DNA of 62,063 nucleotides, filler included. It is 7 parts of 7 records of this genome, joined end to end, with 100 filler letters (N's around TTAATTAATTAA, not from the genome) between each part and the next. Parts side by side here need not be neighbours in the genome. Positions count along the whole stretch, not along the records: positions 1 to 8,513 come from DRR723986_17238; positions 8,614 to 20,877 come from DRR723986_17266; 5 more parts are not named here. One strand, 5' to 3'. The position numbers and the translations under genes are program-made. The notes below the pieces were generated by a model. It saw only the letters and a program-made list of their open reading frames with translations, searched no databases and was not told where the DNA came from. This document shows positions 1 through 9,487 of this stretch, piece by piece. Within the stretch, counting starts at the first letter, position 1. Every line of letters starts with the position of its first letter.

Positions 1-220
1 GCAGCCGCGTGAATTCCGCCTTCTGGAATACCTGATGCGCCATGCCGGCCAGGTCGTGACGCGCACCATGCTTCTGGAGAAAGTGTGGGACTATAATTTC
101 GATCCGCAGACCAATGTGATCGACGTTCACGTCTCGCGCCTGCGCGCCAAGATCGACAAGGAATTCGACGAGCCGCTGCTGCACACGGTCCGCGGGGCCG
201 GATACAGGTTGCAGGGCTAG
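1..220 (+). CDS. OmpR/PhoB-family response regulator, C-terminal winged-helix part (5' truncated)
   Basis: Reads QPREFRLLEYLMRHAGQVVTRTMLLEKVWDYNFDPQTNVIDVHVSRLRAKID...LHTVRGAGY, the typical trans_reg_C signature; lies just upstream of a sensor kinase. Confidence 0.93.
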   Translation, partial: QPREFRLLEYLMRHAGQVVTRTMLLEKVWDYNFDPQTNVIDVHVSRLRAKIDKEFDEPLLHTVRGAGYRLQG

Positions 221-252
221 ACGGATTGGCAGGGCGCTGGCACTAGCGAGCC

Positions 253-1653
253 ATGAAATTCGCCCTGCCGACCTTCCTGAGGACGACCACATTCAAGCTG
301 GCGCTGCTCTACAGCGCCATGTTCGCAGCGTTTTCGGCGGCGCTGCTGGTCTACCTCTACTATTCGACGGTCTATTATATCCGCGCGGAATCCGACCGGC
401 GGATGGACCTGGAATTCGAGCAGCTGGGCAATGCCTACTTCACCGGCGGCATGGAACGCCTCAGCGAGTCGGTGTTCGAGCGGATGACCCGCAACGGGTC
501 GACCTTTTTCTATTATCTCGAAGATGCCTCCGGCCGCCGTATCGCGGGCCACTTCCAGCGCATGCCGGCGCACAATCCGGACCTCGACGTCCAGACCGTG
601 TACTTCGAAGTCACGCTGACGGAGCCGGACGGGTCTGAAGTCGTCCGCCCCGTGGCAGGCCGCATTGTACGACTGCGCGACAATGGGGGGGCTTTGCTGG
701 TGGCGTTTGATACCGCGCAACAAACCGCGATTGTGGGTCGGATCCAGAACGCCATCTTTATTGCCGCGCCCATCGGACTTGTCCTGTCATTGCTGGGCGG
801 CCTGTTGATCTCTCGCGGCGCGGCGCGGCGGGCCGATGAACTCGCGCGGACGGCAGAAATGGTGATGGGCGGCGAGCTTGGCCGCCGCGTGCCCGTGCGT
901 GGGTCCGGCGACGAGTTCGACCGGCTCGGCCAGCGCATGAATGCAATGCTCGACCAGATCGAGAAGCTGGTCGAATCCACCCGCAACACGGGCAATGCCA
1001 TCGCACACGATCTTCGTTCGCCCCTGTCACGCCTGCGCAACCGGCTGGAGATTGCGCTCTCCGAGCCGATGTCCAAGGAAAGCGCCGAAGCGACGCTTGG
1101 GGAGACGGTCGAAGAAGTCGACCGGGTGCTCGGCACCTTCAACGCCATCCTGCGCCTGGCCCGCCTCGAAGCGGGTGCCGAAGGCGAGCGCGTGCGGATG
1201 GACGTCAGCGAACTGGCCGAAGAACTCGCTGAGCTGTTCGAGCCGGCCTGCGAAGAGGCCGAACAGAGCTTCCGCAGCCAGATCGCGAAACACCTAATGG
1301 TTCTGGGCGACCGGGACCTGATCGGCCAGGCTCTGTCGAACCTGCTCGACAATGCCATCAAGTACACACCCGTGGGCGGAAATGTCAGTTTTACCGTGGC
1401 GCGCGGCCCGGAAGGCACGGTCGATCTCACTGTCATCGATACCGGGCCGGGCGTTCCGCCGGACGCGCGCAATCGGGTGGTTCAACGCTTCCAGCGGATG
1501 GACTCGGCGCGCACCCAGCCGGGTAGTGGCCTCGGCCTGGCTCTCGTCGTGTCAGTTGCGGAAATGCATGGCGGTGAACTGATCCTGTCAGATGGAAACG
1601 GTCCGGAGGCATCGCCCGGGCTGAAAGCGACATTGAGATTGCCCAGGGCATAG
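253..1653 (+). CDS. HAMP-domain sensor histidine kinase
   Basis: Two TM segments, HAMP (GDEFDRLG..MNAML), H-box AHDLRSPL, N-box NLLDNAIKY, G-boxes DTGPG and GSGLGL. Confidence 0.95.
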   Translation: MKFALPTFLRTTTFKLALLYSAMFAAFSAALLVYLYYSTVYYIRAESDRRMDLEFEQLGNAYFTGGMERLSESVFERMTRNGSTFFYYLEDASGRRIAGHFQRMPAHNPDLDVQTVYFEVTLTEPDGSEVVRPVAGRIVRLRDNGGALLVAFDTAQQTAIVGRIQNAIFIAAPIGLVLSLLGGLLISRGAARRADELARTAEMVMGGELGRRVPVRGSGDEFDRLGQRMNAMLDQIEKLVESTRNTGNAIAHDLRSPLSRLRNRLEIALSEPMSKESAEATLGETVEEVDRVLGTFNAILRLARLEAGAEGERVRMDVSELAEELAELFEPACEEAEQSFRSQIAKHLMVLGDRDLIGQALSNLLDNAIKYTPVGGNVSFTVARGPEGTVDLTVIDTGPGVPPDARNRVVQRFQRMDSARTQPGSGLGLALVVSVAEMHGGELILSDGNGPEASPGLKATLRLPRA

Positions 1654-1655
1654 AC

Positions 1656-4361
1656 ATGCTGAACGTCAGACCCATTGCTGAAACTCCTGAAGCGGCGCTG
1701 GCACTTGCCTGCGAACGGGCGCCATATCTCCGGCGGCTGGCCGGCCGGGATCTGGAAGATCGGGACTGGCGCGAAGCCATCGAAACCGTGCGTATACTGC
1801 CGAAATTGGGCCAGAAATCCATCGAAGAGGCGATGCGTGCATTGCGCCGGGCAAAGCAGGCAACCCATTTGTCGCTCGCCGGGGAAGACTTGTCGGGTAC
1901 GCTGGACGTCATGGACGTCACACTGGTGCTGACAGAACTCGCCTGTGAGTGTGTCGATACCGCCCTCAAAGTCGCCCTCGCGCATCATGGCCTTTCCGGC
2001 GATGGCATTTTCGCCATAGCGCTTGGCAAGATGGGCGCGTTCGAACTCAACTACTCCAGCGACATCGACTTCTGCATCTTCTATGACCCTGACGTGTTCG
2101 ACGGAGGGGAACGTTCGCCCGGCGAGGCGGCACAGCGCGTTGCCCGGGATATCGTCCGCATGTTCGATGATATCACCGAAGACGGCTATGTCTTCCGCAC
2201 CGATTTGCGCCTCAGGCCCGACCCGTCCTCGACACCGCTCGCTGTGTCCACCGCCATGGCGGAACTCTATTATGAAAGCGTCGGTCAGAACTGGGAACGG
2301 ATGGTCTGGATCAAGGCGCGCCCTGCCGCCGGAGACATCGCGGCGGCCAAGCGCTTCCTGAAGGGGATGGAGCCTTATGTCTGGCGCCGGAACCTCGATT
2401 ACTGGGCCATTGGTGACATCCAGGCGATCAAACGGATGATCAACACCAAGGCCAAGGCGCGGGAGTTCAGTATTCCGAACCCGGACATCAAGCTTGGGCC
2501 GGGTGGCATCCGTGAGATCGAATTTTTCGTTCAGACACAGCAGTTGATCCTTGGTGGCCGGCGGCCTGAACTGCGGGACAACACGACCCTTGGCGCGATG
2601 GAGGCTCTGCGAGTCGGGGGCGTGGTGGAAGACCAGACGGCGCGCAATCTGACGGAGGCCTATCGCCAACTGAGAAATGTCGAACACCGCATCCAGATGC
2701 GCAATGATGAGCAGACCCACACCTTGCCGAAAGACCCGGAAGCGCGGGAAGTGGTCGCCTTCCTTAGTGGCTATGGGAATCTGGAGGAATTCGACCGGGA
2801 CCTTCTCGAAACACGCCGGATCGTCCAGTCGGCCTATGACGCCCTGTTCGCTGCCGAAGACAGGGCGGCAGGAGAAACGCGGTCCGGCAATTTTGTGTTC
2901 ACGGGGGTCGATGACGATCCGGGAACGGTCGAAACCCTCCGCAATCTCGGCTTCAGTGATCCCAGCGCGGCGATCGAGACAATCCGCAGCTGGCACCGGG
3001 GCCGCGTGCCCGCCACGCGTACGGCGCGCGGGCGAGAATTATTGACGGCGATCCTGCCGCGCCTCTTGGAGGACATGGGCAAGACGGGTGAGGCGGACGA
3101 GGCGTTCCGCTGGTTCTCCCGCTTCTTCGGCGGCTTGTCGTCCGGCGTGCAGACACTGGCCATGCTACTCGCCGAACCGGACCTGCTGGACGATCTGGTC
3201 GCGACGCTGGCGCTGGCGCCCCGCCTTGCGGAAATCCTGTCCCGCCGTCCGGACTTGTTGGAATCGCTGGTCAGCGGGCAGGCCCCGGTTCGGCCAGAGA
3301 TCGGACCGGATACGAGCTTCGACGGCGCGCTGGATTTGTGGCGCCGCTATCACCGCGACCAGCATTTCCTGACGGGCCACCGCCTGCTGCACGGGCTCAT
3401 CCCGGCGAAGGATGCGGCGGAATACTGGACTGCGCTCGCCGACGACACGATCCGGGAAATGGCCGCCGCCGCGAAATGGGAAACCGAGCGGCGCAACGGG
3501 CCGCAACACGGTTCCTGGGGCGTGTTCGCCATGGGCAAGCTGGGCGGCAAGGAGCTGACGGCCGGATCCGATCTCGACATCCTCGTCATCTATGATGCCG
3601 ACCCGCTGGAAGCGCAGACCTGGTACACACGCTTTACTCAGCGCCTGATCACTGCGCTGACGGCGCCCACGGCAGAAGGCGCCCTTTACGAAGTGGATAT
3701 GCGCCTGCGCCCGTCTGGCCGCGCCGGTCCGGTAGCCGTCAGCCTGCCAGCCTTCAAATCCTATCAGCACAAGGATGCCTGGACCTGGGAGCATATGGCG
3801 CTGACCCGGTTGCGCCCGGTCGCGGGTGATGAGGCGCTTGGACAGACCGTCATGGACATTGCCTTCGATGCGATCACGGAACGTGCGAAGACCAATGCGC
3901 AGGCCATCCCGGCTGACATCACCGACATGCGTCAACGCCTCTACCGGGAAAAGCCGGGCAAGGGACTTTGGGACCTTAAAACCGCCGAGGGCGGACTGAT
4001 CGATGTGGAGTTCGTCGTGCAGCAGGACATGTTGCTCGGTGGACGGGCTGAATCGATTTGTGCCTCGACGCAGGATGCCATCCAACGCTCGTCCTTTAAC
4101 ATCGAGGAACGGCTGCTGCTGAGCGATGGCTTGCGTCTCCTTCAGGCCTTGCAGCAGGTACAACGCGTGGCCATTGGCACCGAAACGCGCTCCGACGTCA
4201 TGCCGGCAGGCCTGCGGAACAGGCTCTGCCGGGCGGTTGAAGCCGACACGTTCCGTGATCTGGAGAATGAATTATCTTCCACAAAATCAAGGCTTCACCA
4301 GCTGGCTGCAGAAAAACTGCACCTCGATGCGACGGAAAGCGGGCCTTCTTCCGTTTCATGA
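1656..4361 (+). CDS. glnE: Bifunctional glutamine synthetase adenylyltransferase/deadenylase
   Basis: Two nucleotidyltransferase domains (GKMGAFELNYSSDIDF and GKLGGKELTAGSDLDI), DLRLRPDP and DMRLRPSG motifs, IKLGPGGIREIEF. Confidence 0.95.
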   Translation: MLNVRPIAETPEAALALACERAPYLRRLAGRDLEDRDWREAIETVRILPKLGQKSIEEAMRALRRAKQATHLSLAGEDLSGTLDVMDVTLVLTELACECVDTALKVALAHHGLSGDGIFAIALGKMGAFELNYSSDIDFCIFYDPDVFDGGERSPGEAAQRVARDIVRMFDDITEDGYVFRTDLRLRPDPSSTPLAVSTAMAELYYESVGQNWERMVWIKARPAAGDIAAAKRFLKGMEPYVWRRNLDYWAIGDIQAIKRMINTKAKAREFSIPNPDIKLGPGGIREIEFFVQTQQLILGGRRPELRDNTTLGAMEALRVGGVVEDQTARNLTEAYRQLRNVEHRIQMRNDEQTHTLPKDPEAREVVAFLSGYGNLEEFDRDLLETRRIVQSAYDALFAAEDRAAGETRSGNFVFTGVDDDPGTVETLRNLGFSDPSAAIETIRSWHRGRVPATRTARGRELLTAILPRLLEDMGKTGEADEAFRWFSRFFGGLSSGVQTLAMLLAEPDLLDDLVATLALAPRLAEILSRRPDLLESLVSGQAPVRPEIGPDTSFDGALDLWRRYHRDQHFLTGHRLLHGLIPAKDAAEYWTALADDTIREMAAAAKWETERRNGPQHGSWGVFAMGKLGGKELTAGSDLDILVIYDADPLEAQTWYTRFTQRLITALTAPTAEGALYEVDMRLRPSGRAGPVAVSLPAFKSYQHKDAWTWEHMALTRLRPVAGDEALGQTVMDIAFDAITERAKTNAQAIPADITDMRQRLYREKPGKGLWDLKTAEGGLIDVEFVVQQDMLLGGRAESICASTQDAIQRSSFNIEERLLLSDGLRLLQALQQVQRVAIGTETRSDVMPAGLRNRLCRAVEADTFRDLENELSSTKSRLHQLAAEKLHLDATESGPSSVS

Positions 4362-4413
4362 TTACTGGTCGCCCGGACACAGAGGCGGCCGTGAAAGAGA
4401 GGAGCTACCCCTT

Positions 4414-4902
4414 ATGAAACGTATCTTTCTCGCGACAGCATCCCTGGCCGCAGTGGCCACAATCGCACTGCCGGCACTTGCTGGCCCGCGCGGCGGCGGT
4501 CATGGACCGGGCATGATGAAAGAGCGCATGGAGGCGATGGACACGGACGGTGATGGCAATATCACCCAGGCTGAAGTCGACGCCCACCGCGCCATGATGT
4601 TCTCCGCAATCGACGTCGATCAGGATGGCAAGGTCAGCGAAGCCGAGATGACTGCGCACCATGAAGCCATGATGGCCCAGAAAAAGGCGCAGCGTCAGGC
4701 CGAGATGTTCAAGCGTATGGACGCTGACGGTGATGGCGCGATCAGCGCTGAAGAGTTCGCCTCCAAGCCCAACCGCATGTTCGACCGGTTCGACAAGGAT
4801 GGCGATGGCGTGATTGCGATCGACGAAATCCCGGACCGTAAGGCCGGTTTCCGCGGCAAGCGGGGCGACATGCCACCGCCGCCTCCGCCGGAAGACGAAT
4901 AA
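4414..4902 (+). CDS. Exported EF-hand domain protein
   Basis: Start reassigned to ATG 4414 after GAGGAG. Signal peptide MKRIFLATASLAAVATIALPALA; four DxDxDG loops (DTDGDGNI, DVDQDGKV, DADGDGAI, DKDGDGVI); poly-Pro tail. Confidence 0.9.
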   Translation: MKRIFLATASLAAVATIALPALAGPRGGGHGPGMMKERMEAMDTDGDGNITQAEVDAHRAMMFSAIDVDQDGKVSEAEMTAHHEAMMAQKKAQRQAEMFKRMDADGDGAISAEEFASKPNRMFDRFDKDGDGVIAIDEIPDRKAGFRGKRGDMPPPPPPEDE

Positions 4903-4964
4903 GAGATCGGGCTCAGGCCCGGTTGGGCGGCAGGGCACGCATTCAGAAGGTAATACCGTACTGA

Positions 4965-5546
4965 GTGCGTGCATCCCGCCTTCAACGGAGTAAGCTCGGT
5001 TCCGTGGCTTTTGTATCGGATCTCGACCAGATCACACGGGCGGCGGCGGGCGATCCGTCAGCCGTCTCGTGGCTGGTTGACCGGTATTCACCGGGAGTTC
5101 TCGGCCTGGCAACACGGATGCTGGGCGACCGGATGGAAGCAGAAGACGTGACTCAGGAGACCTTCCTTCGCGCATGGAAAGCGCTCCCCACCTGGGAGCC
5201 GCGGGCCAGGTTTTCGACCTGGCTGCACCGCGTGGCGCTGAACCTCTGTTATGACGTCCTGCGCAGGCGCCGGGAATCCCTGCCCGGAGAGTTGCCGGAA
5301 ATGACGGACCCGGAGCTGACCCCGCCCGAACGGCTGTTGCAGACCGAACGGGTGAAAGCGATCGAAACAGCAATCGCCAATCTTCCGGAGCGTCAGGCAG
5401 CTGCCTTGACGCTCTGCGCCCTGCAAGGACACTCTCAGGTGGAGGCGGCGGAAATCATGGAAACAAGTGAAGAAGCGCTGGAAAGCCTTCTCGCGCGTGC
5501 CCGGCGCAGCTTGAGGGCGACACTGGCCGAACGGAGTGTGGCATGA
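4965..5546 (+). CDS. ECF RNA polymerase sigma-70 factor (start uncertain, GTG 5004 possible)
   Basis: Region 2 (AEDVTQETFLRAW, RFSTWLHRVALNLCYD) and region 4 (LPERQAAALTL...S.LARARRSL); no region 3. Confidence 0.93.
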   Translation: MRASRLQRSKLGSVAFVSDLDQITRAAAGDPSAVSWLVDRYSPGVLGLATRMLGDRMEAEDVTQETFLRAWKALPTWEPRARFSTWLHRVALNLCYDVLRRRRESLPGELPEMTDPELTPPERLLQTERVKAIETAIANLPERQAAALTLCALQGHSQVEAAEIMETSEEALESLLARARRSLRATLAERSVA

Positions 5547-6016
5547 AGGACCAAAGGATGACATCGACCTTGTCTGACGAACGGGTCCTCGAACTGATAG
5601 AGGCTTACGGTGCCGATCCTGCTGCCTTTCCCGAGGCGATGCGGGAGGCTGCTGCGCGCCGCATGGCGGAGGCGCCTGGCCTGTTTGCGAAGGCCCTGGA
5701 CGAAGCCCGCCGCCTGGACCAGTTCCTAGACCTCGTTCCGGCGGCTGAAGTGTCCGCATCGTTGCGCGACAGTCTGTTGGCTAGCGCGCCGAAACCGAAG
5801 CGGGCCGCCGGGGTGAAAATCGGCCTGTGGCGGTTCCTGCCGGGATGGCTGCCTGCCGGGGCCGTGGCCTCTCTGGTCATGGGGCTTGTAATTGGTGTGA
5901 ATGTTTCGCTGCCCGCATCGGTGGCCAGCGCCCAGGCGACGGATGAGACCGACGTTGTGATGTATGCGGCCCTCGGGTTTGGCGATTATGAATTGATGAG
6001 TGAGGCCGCAGAATGA
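5543..6016 (+). CDS. Putative single-pass membrane anti-sigma factor
   Basis: ATGA overlap with the sigma stop; soluble N-terminus (LIEAYGADPAAFP) then one hydrophobic helix (AGAVASLVMGLVIGV). Function inferred from position and topology. Confidence 0.65.
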   Translation: MKDQRMTSTLSDERVLELIEAYGADPAAFPEAMREAAARRMAEAPGLFAKALDEARRLDQFLDLVPAAEVSASLRDSLLASAPKPKRAAGVKIGLWRFLPGWLPAGAVASLVMGLVIGVNVSLPASVASAQATDETDVVMYAALGFGDYELMSEAAE

Positions 6017-6552
6017 GCAACACGTCTGATAAGCCTCGGCGGTGGCCCCTATGGCTGATTGTTTCGCTGATGGCGAACATGATTCTTGTGGGCCTTCTGG
6101 CTGGGTTCCTGATGCAGGCAGGCCCGAAGGGCACACCGGATGGTCCCCCGCGGGAGCGTATTTCCTGGGGTGAACGCGACGATGGTAGCCGTCAGGCCAT
6201 GCGGCGGGTGTTCAAGGAAGCTTTCAAGGCGTCGGCGGAAGAGCGCACGGCGCGGGTCGAATCCCGCCGGCGGCTGGCTGAAGCGGTCATTGCCGAGCCC
6301 TATGATGCCGACGCGGTGCGGGAGGCTTTCCGAAAGCTGAGATCGGCAGACGATGCGGTGAATGAGGCCACACACGAAGCCATGGTGAACCTGTTTGCCT
6401 CCATGTCGGAAGAAGAGCGCCAGCATATGGCGCAGGTCCTGAGACGCGGGCCGGGCGGTCATAAGCCCAAGCGTGGTTCCGGACCAGGCGAACGCGGTGG
6501 TCCGGTGGATGGTCCTCCACCTCCACCCCCACCGCCTGAAATGGAGCCGTAA
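6013..6552 (+). CDS. Periplasmic heavy-metal-sensor / Spy-CpxP-like helical protein
   Basis: N-terminal anchor WLIVSLMANMILVGLLAG, helical body with PYDADAVREAF and MSEEERQ (LTxxQ-like) motif; ATGA overlap with the upstream gene. Confidence 0.72.
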   Translation: MSNTSDKPRRWPLWLIVSLMANMILVGLLAGFLMQAGPKGTPDGPPRERISWGERDDGSRQAMRRVFKEAFKASAEERTARVESRRRLAEAVIAEPYDADAVREAFRKLRSADDAVNEATHEAMVNLFASMSEEERQHMAQVLRRGPGGHKPKRGSGPGERGGPVDGPPPPPPPPEMEP

Positions 6553-6609
6553 TCAGGGTTTCCTTTCGGTGCCCGGCGTTCCACAGTGGTGGCAAAACGG
6601 GAGGGCCGA

Positions 6610-8058
6610 ATGAAGGAATATGCCGATTATGATGGTCTGGGTCTGGCGGAGCTTGTCCGCAGCAAACAGGTCAGCGCCGGAGAGTTGCTTGAGGCAGCGG
6701 TCACACGAGCGGAAGCTGCGCAGGACAAGCTGAACTGTTTCAGCGCGCTTTATCCGGATCTCGCGAAATCGCAGCTGGAAACCGGCGTGGGCGATGGACC
6801 CTTCGCGGGCGTGCCCTTCGTCACCAAGGACCTCGCTGTTGAAGTGAAAGGCGCGCCGCTGACCAATGGCTCGGTCGCCTGGAAAGGCAATGTCGTCCAG
6901 CGCGACTCGGTGCTGACAGAGCGGTATCGCGAGGCAGGCCTCGTTTTCTTCGGCCAGACGACCACCCCGGAATATGGCCTGACCACGACCACCGAATCCA
7001 CGCTCTACGGCCAGACGCGGAACCCGTGGGACCTGACGCGCACATCCGGCGGCTCCTCCGGCGGCGCGAGCGCAGCCGTTGCGGCAGGTGTTCTGCCGGT
7101 GGCGCAGGCCAGCGATGGCGGCGGCTCCATCCGCATTCCGGCGTCCTGTACCGGCCTGTTCGGCATCAAGCCGTCCCGCGGCCGCGTGCCGATGGGACCG
7201 GGGCGCACCGAAGGCTGGAATGGCATGTCCACCGTCCATGCGGTCAGCCGCAGCGTGCGGGACAGCGCCGCGCTGCTGGACGCCTGCCATGGCCGGGAGA
7301 CGGGCAGCCGCTATGTCGCCCCGGCGCCGGACCGTCCGTATCTGGAGGAAGTCAGCCGCGACCCCGGCAAGCTGCGGATCGCGCTTTGGAAGCGGGCGCC
7401 GAATGGCACCATGCCGGATGCCGATGCGGATGCCGGGCTCATGGCAACCGCAAAGCTGCTGTCGGATCTGGGGCACGAAGTGGTCGAGACCGGACCGGAA
7501 TTCGATGGGGAATTGCTCGCCAAATATGCCCTCTTCACGATCTCCGCGAACATCGCCGCAGCCTTCGACGACCGCTCCGCCATGCTGGGCCGGCCGGTGC
7601 GCGAGGACGAGATGGAACCGATCACGGCGTCCATGGCGCATCTCGGCCGGACCGTGCCGATGGTGGAACTCGCCAAGGCGAACAATCTCTTCAATTCGGT
7701 CGCCATCGACTATGAGCAATTCCTGATCGATGGCGGGTTTGACCTGACGCTCTCGCCAGTGACGCATCGCGCGCCGGACAAGCTGGGCACGATGGCGCTG
7801 ACACAGGATGGCGAAGCGATGGGCAAGGCGATTGCCGGTTTCGGTGCGCATTGTCCGATCTTCAACCAGACCGGCTGCCCGGCCATGTCCGTTCCGCTGC
7901 ACTGGACGGAACCGACCGAAGAAGCAGCAGGCGGGCTTCCGATCGGCATGATGTTTGGCGGACGGTATGGATCTGAAAGCCTTTTGTTCCGCCTGGCTGG
8001 ACAATTGGAACAGGCCCGGCCATGGGCAGGGAAACGTCCGCCGCACTGGGTGGGCTGA
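6610..8058 (+). CDS. Amidase-signature family amidase
   Basis: GVPFVTKDL, TRNPWDLTRTSGGSSGGASAAV, SDGGGSIRIPAS signature; start taken at ATG 6610. Confidence 0.93.
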   Translation: MKEYADYDGLGLAELVRSKQVSAGELLEAAVTRAEAAQDKLNCFSALYPDLAKSQLETGVGDGPFAGVPFVTKDLAVEVKGAPLTNGSVAWKGNVVQRDSVLTERYREAGLVFFGQTTTPEYGLTTTTESTLYGQTRNPWDLTRTSGGSSGGASAAVAAGVLPVAQASDGGGSIRIPASCTGLFGIKPSRGRVPMGPGRTEGWNGMSTVHAVSRSVRDSAALLDACHGRETGSRYVAPAPDRPYLEEVSRDPGKLRIALWKRAPNGTMPDADADAGLMATAKLLSDLGHEVVETGPEFDGELLAKYALFTISANIAAAFDDRSAMLGRPVREDEMEPITASMAHLGRTVPMVELAKANNLFNSVAIDYEQFLIDGGFDLTLSPVTHRAPDKLGTMALTQDGEAMGKAIAGFGAHCPIFNQTGCPAMSVPLHWTEPTEEAAGGLPIGMMFGGRYGSESLLFRLAGQLEQARPWAGKRPPHWVG

Positions 8059-8077
8059 TCCGGGCGGAAGAAAGACG

Positions 8078-8473
8078 ATGAGCGAGTTGAAGAGCCATCT
8101 TGGCGGATGCCATTGCGGAGCGGTCCGGTGGGAAGTGGATCTGCCGGACGCCTTCGAGGTGGAGGACTGCAACTGCTCCATGTGCGCCATGTCGGGCAAT
8201 ATCCACATCATCGTCCCGTCCAGCCGCTTTCGCCTGACCCAGGGCAAAGACAATCTCGTCGAGTACACGTTCAATACGGGCGTGGCGAAACACCTGTTCT
8301 GCCGGACGTGCGGGGTGAAGAGCTTCTACATCCCGCGCTCCAATCCGGACGGCGTGGCCGTCACCTGGCGGTGCATCGATGACTGGAAGGACCTGAACGT
8401 CACCATGAACAAGTTCGACGGGCAGAACTGGGAGAAGCACGCCCACACGCTGGCGCACAAGTCGAAGGCCTGA
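8078..8473 (+). CDS. GFA/CENP-V family Zn protein
   Basis: GGCHCGAVRW, CNCSMC and FCRTCG cysteine motifs. Confidence 0.9.
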   Translation: MSELKSHLGGCHCGAVRWEVDLPDAFEVEDCNCSMCAMSGNIHIIVPSSRFRLTQGKDNLVEYTFNTGVAKHLFCRTCGVKSFYIPRSNPDGVAVTWRCIDDWKDLNVTMNKFDGQNWEKHAHTLAHKSKA

Positions 8474-8513
8474 CGTGCCAGTCCTAGGTGTGGACTCTCA
8501 ACAGGTTGTCCTC

Positions 8514-8613
8514 NNNNNNNNNNNNNNNNNNNNNNNNNNNNNNNNNNNNNNNNNNNNTTAATTAATTAANNNNNNNNNNNNNNNNNNNNNNNNNNNNNNN
8601 NNNNNNNNNNNNN
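8514..8613. other. Artificial contig spacer
   Basis: 100 nt: N-run + TTAATTAATTAA (stop codons in all six frames) + N-run. Confidence 0.98.
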
Positions 8614-9477
8614 ATCGCCAAGCTGACGACGATCCGCTTCACCCTTGTGGCGCCGTTCCTGTTCATGGTCATCGCTTTTGCCGCGTTCCAGTCGCGCCAG
8701 TCACTTGGAGACCTTGTTGCGCTGATGGCGATCGGGGCGCTTGGCATCTTCCTGCGCCGGTTCGAATTCTCTCGTCCGGCCTTCCTGATCGGTTTCGTTC
8801 TGTCAGCGCAGGCGGAGACCTTCGCCAACATGGCAAACCAGATCGCAGCCAGCCGGTTCCGGCGCAGCTTTGAAGAAGGGTTCGACTACATCGCATCGCC
8901 GATCGTGTTGATCATTCTGGCGCTGACCGTTGTGTCAGTGATCATCGGTATTCGGCAGGGCAAGCAGATCCTTGGGTCCGACAATCCGCCGACGGGCAGC
9001 AAGCGTGCACCGCTGATCTTTCTGCTCTGTGTCACGGGCTATGTAGCCTGGGCTTGGGTCGACGCGCTCCAGATCAACATGACCAGCGACAAGATCTTCC
9101 CAGCCACTGTCGGCGCCGTGACCCTGATCGGCTGTCTGGCGTTGTTGATACGGATGATGCTGGTGCCGGAAACGGACGCCGTTTTCGCCGACCACGAAAG
9201 AGGCGGCGAGGACAGAGATGCGCCACACGGGCTGTGGTCCACGCTTGGCTGGTTTGGCTTCCTCTTGGTGCTGTCGTCCCTGCTCGGCTTCATCCTTGCG
9301 CTTGGCATCTTCCTGGTCACGTTCCTGCGGCTTCGCGCCCAGGTGGGCTGGCTTCAGACCGTTCTGCTCTGCGTCTTTGGTATCGCGTTCATGTGTTTCC
9401 TTGCGGGCACCCTCGGGCGCGATTTCCCGCCGGGGCTGTTGCAGGAATACGTCGATCTTCCCTGGCCCTTCACCTGA
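8614..9477 (+). CDS. Tripartite tricarboxylate transporter TctA with TctB-like C-terminal extension (5' truncated)
   Basis: TctA-type C-terminal motif (FLRRFEFSRPAFLIGFVL) followed by extra TM helices ending in FPPGLLQ, TctB-like. Confidence 0.75.
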   Translation: MAKLTTIRFTLVAPFLFMVIAFAAFQSRQSLGDLVALMAIGALGIFLRRFEFSRPAFLIGFVLSAQAETFANMANQIAASRFRRSFEEGFDYIASPIVLIILALTVVSVIIGIRQGKQILGSDNPPTGSKRAPLIFLLCVTGYVAWAWVDALQINMTSDKIFPATVGAVTLIGCLALLIRMMLVPETDAVFADHERGGEDRDAPHGLWSTLGWFGFLLVLSSLLGFILALGIFLVTFLRLRAQVGWLQTVLLCVFGIAFMCFLAGTLGRDFPPGLLQEYVDLPWPFT

Positions 9478-9487
9478 GGACCCCGTC

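Noticed and set aside
6553..8274. 573-aa minus-strand ORF, and similar long ORFs at 1482-2996, 20926-22608, 49734-51191 and 59572-61203
   Set aside because: All lie antisense to well-supported genes; expected from GC3-biased codon usage.
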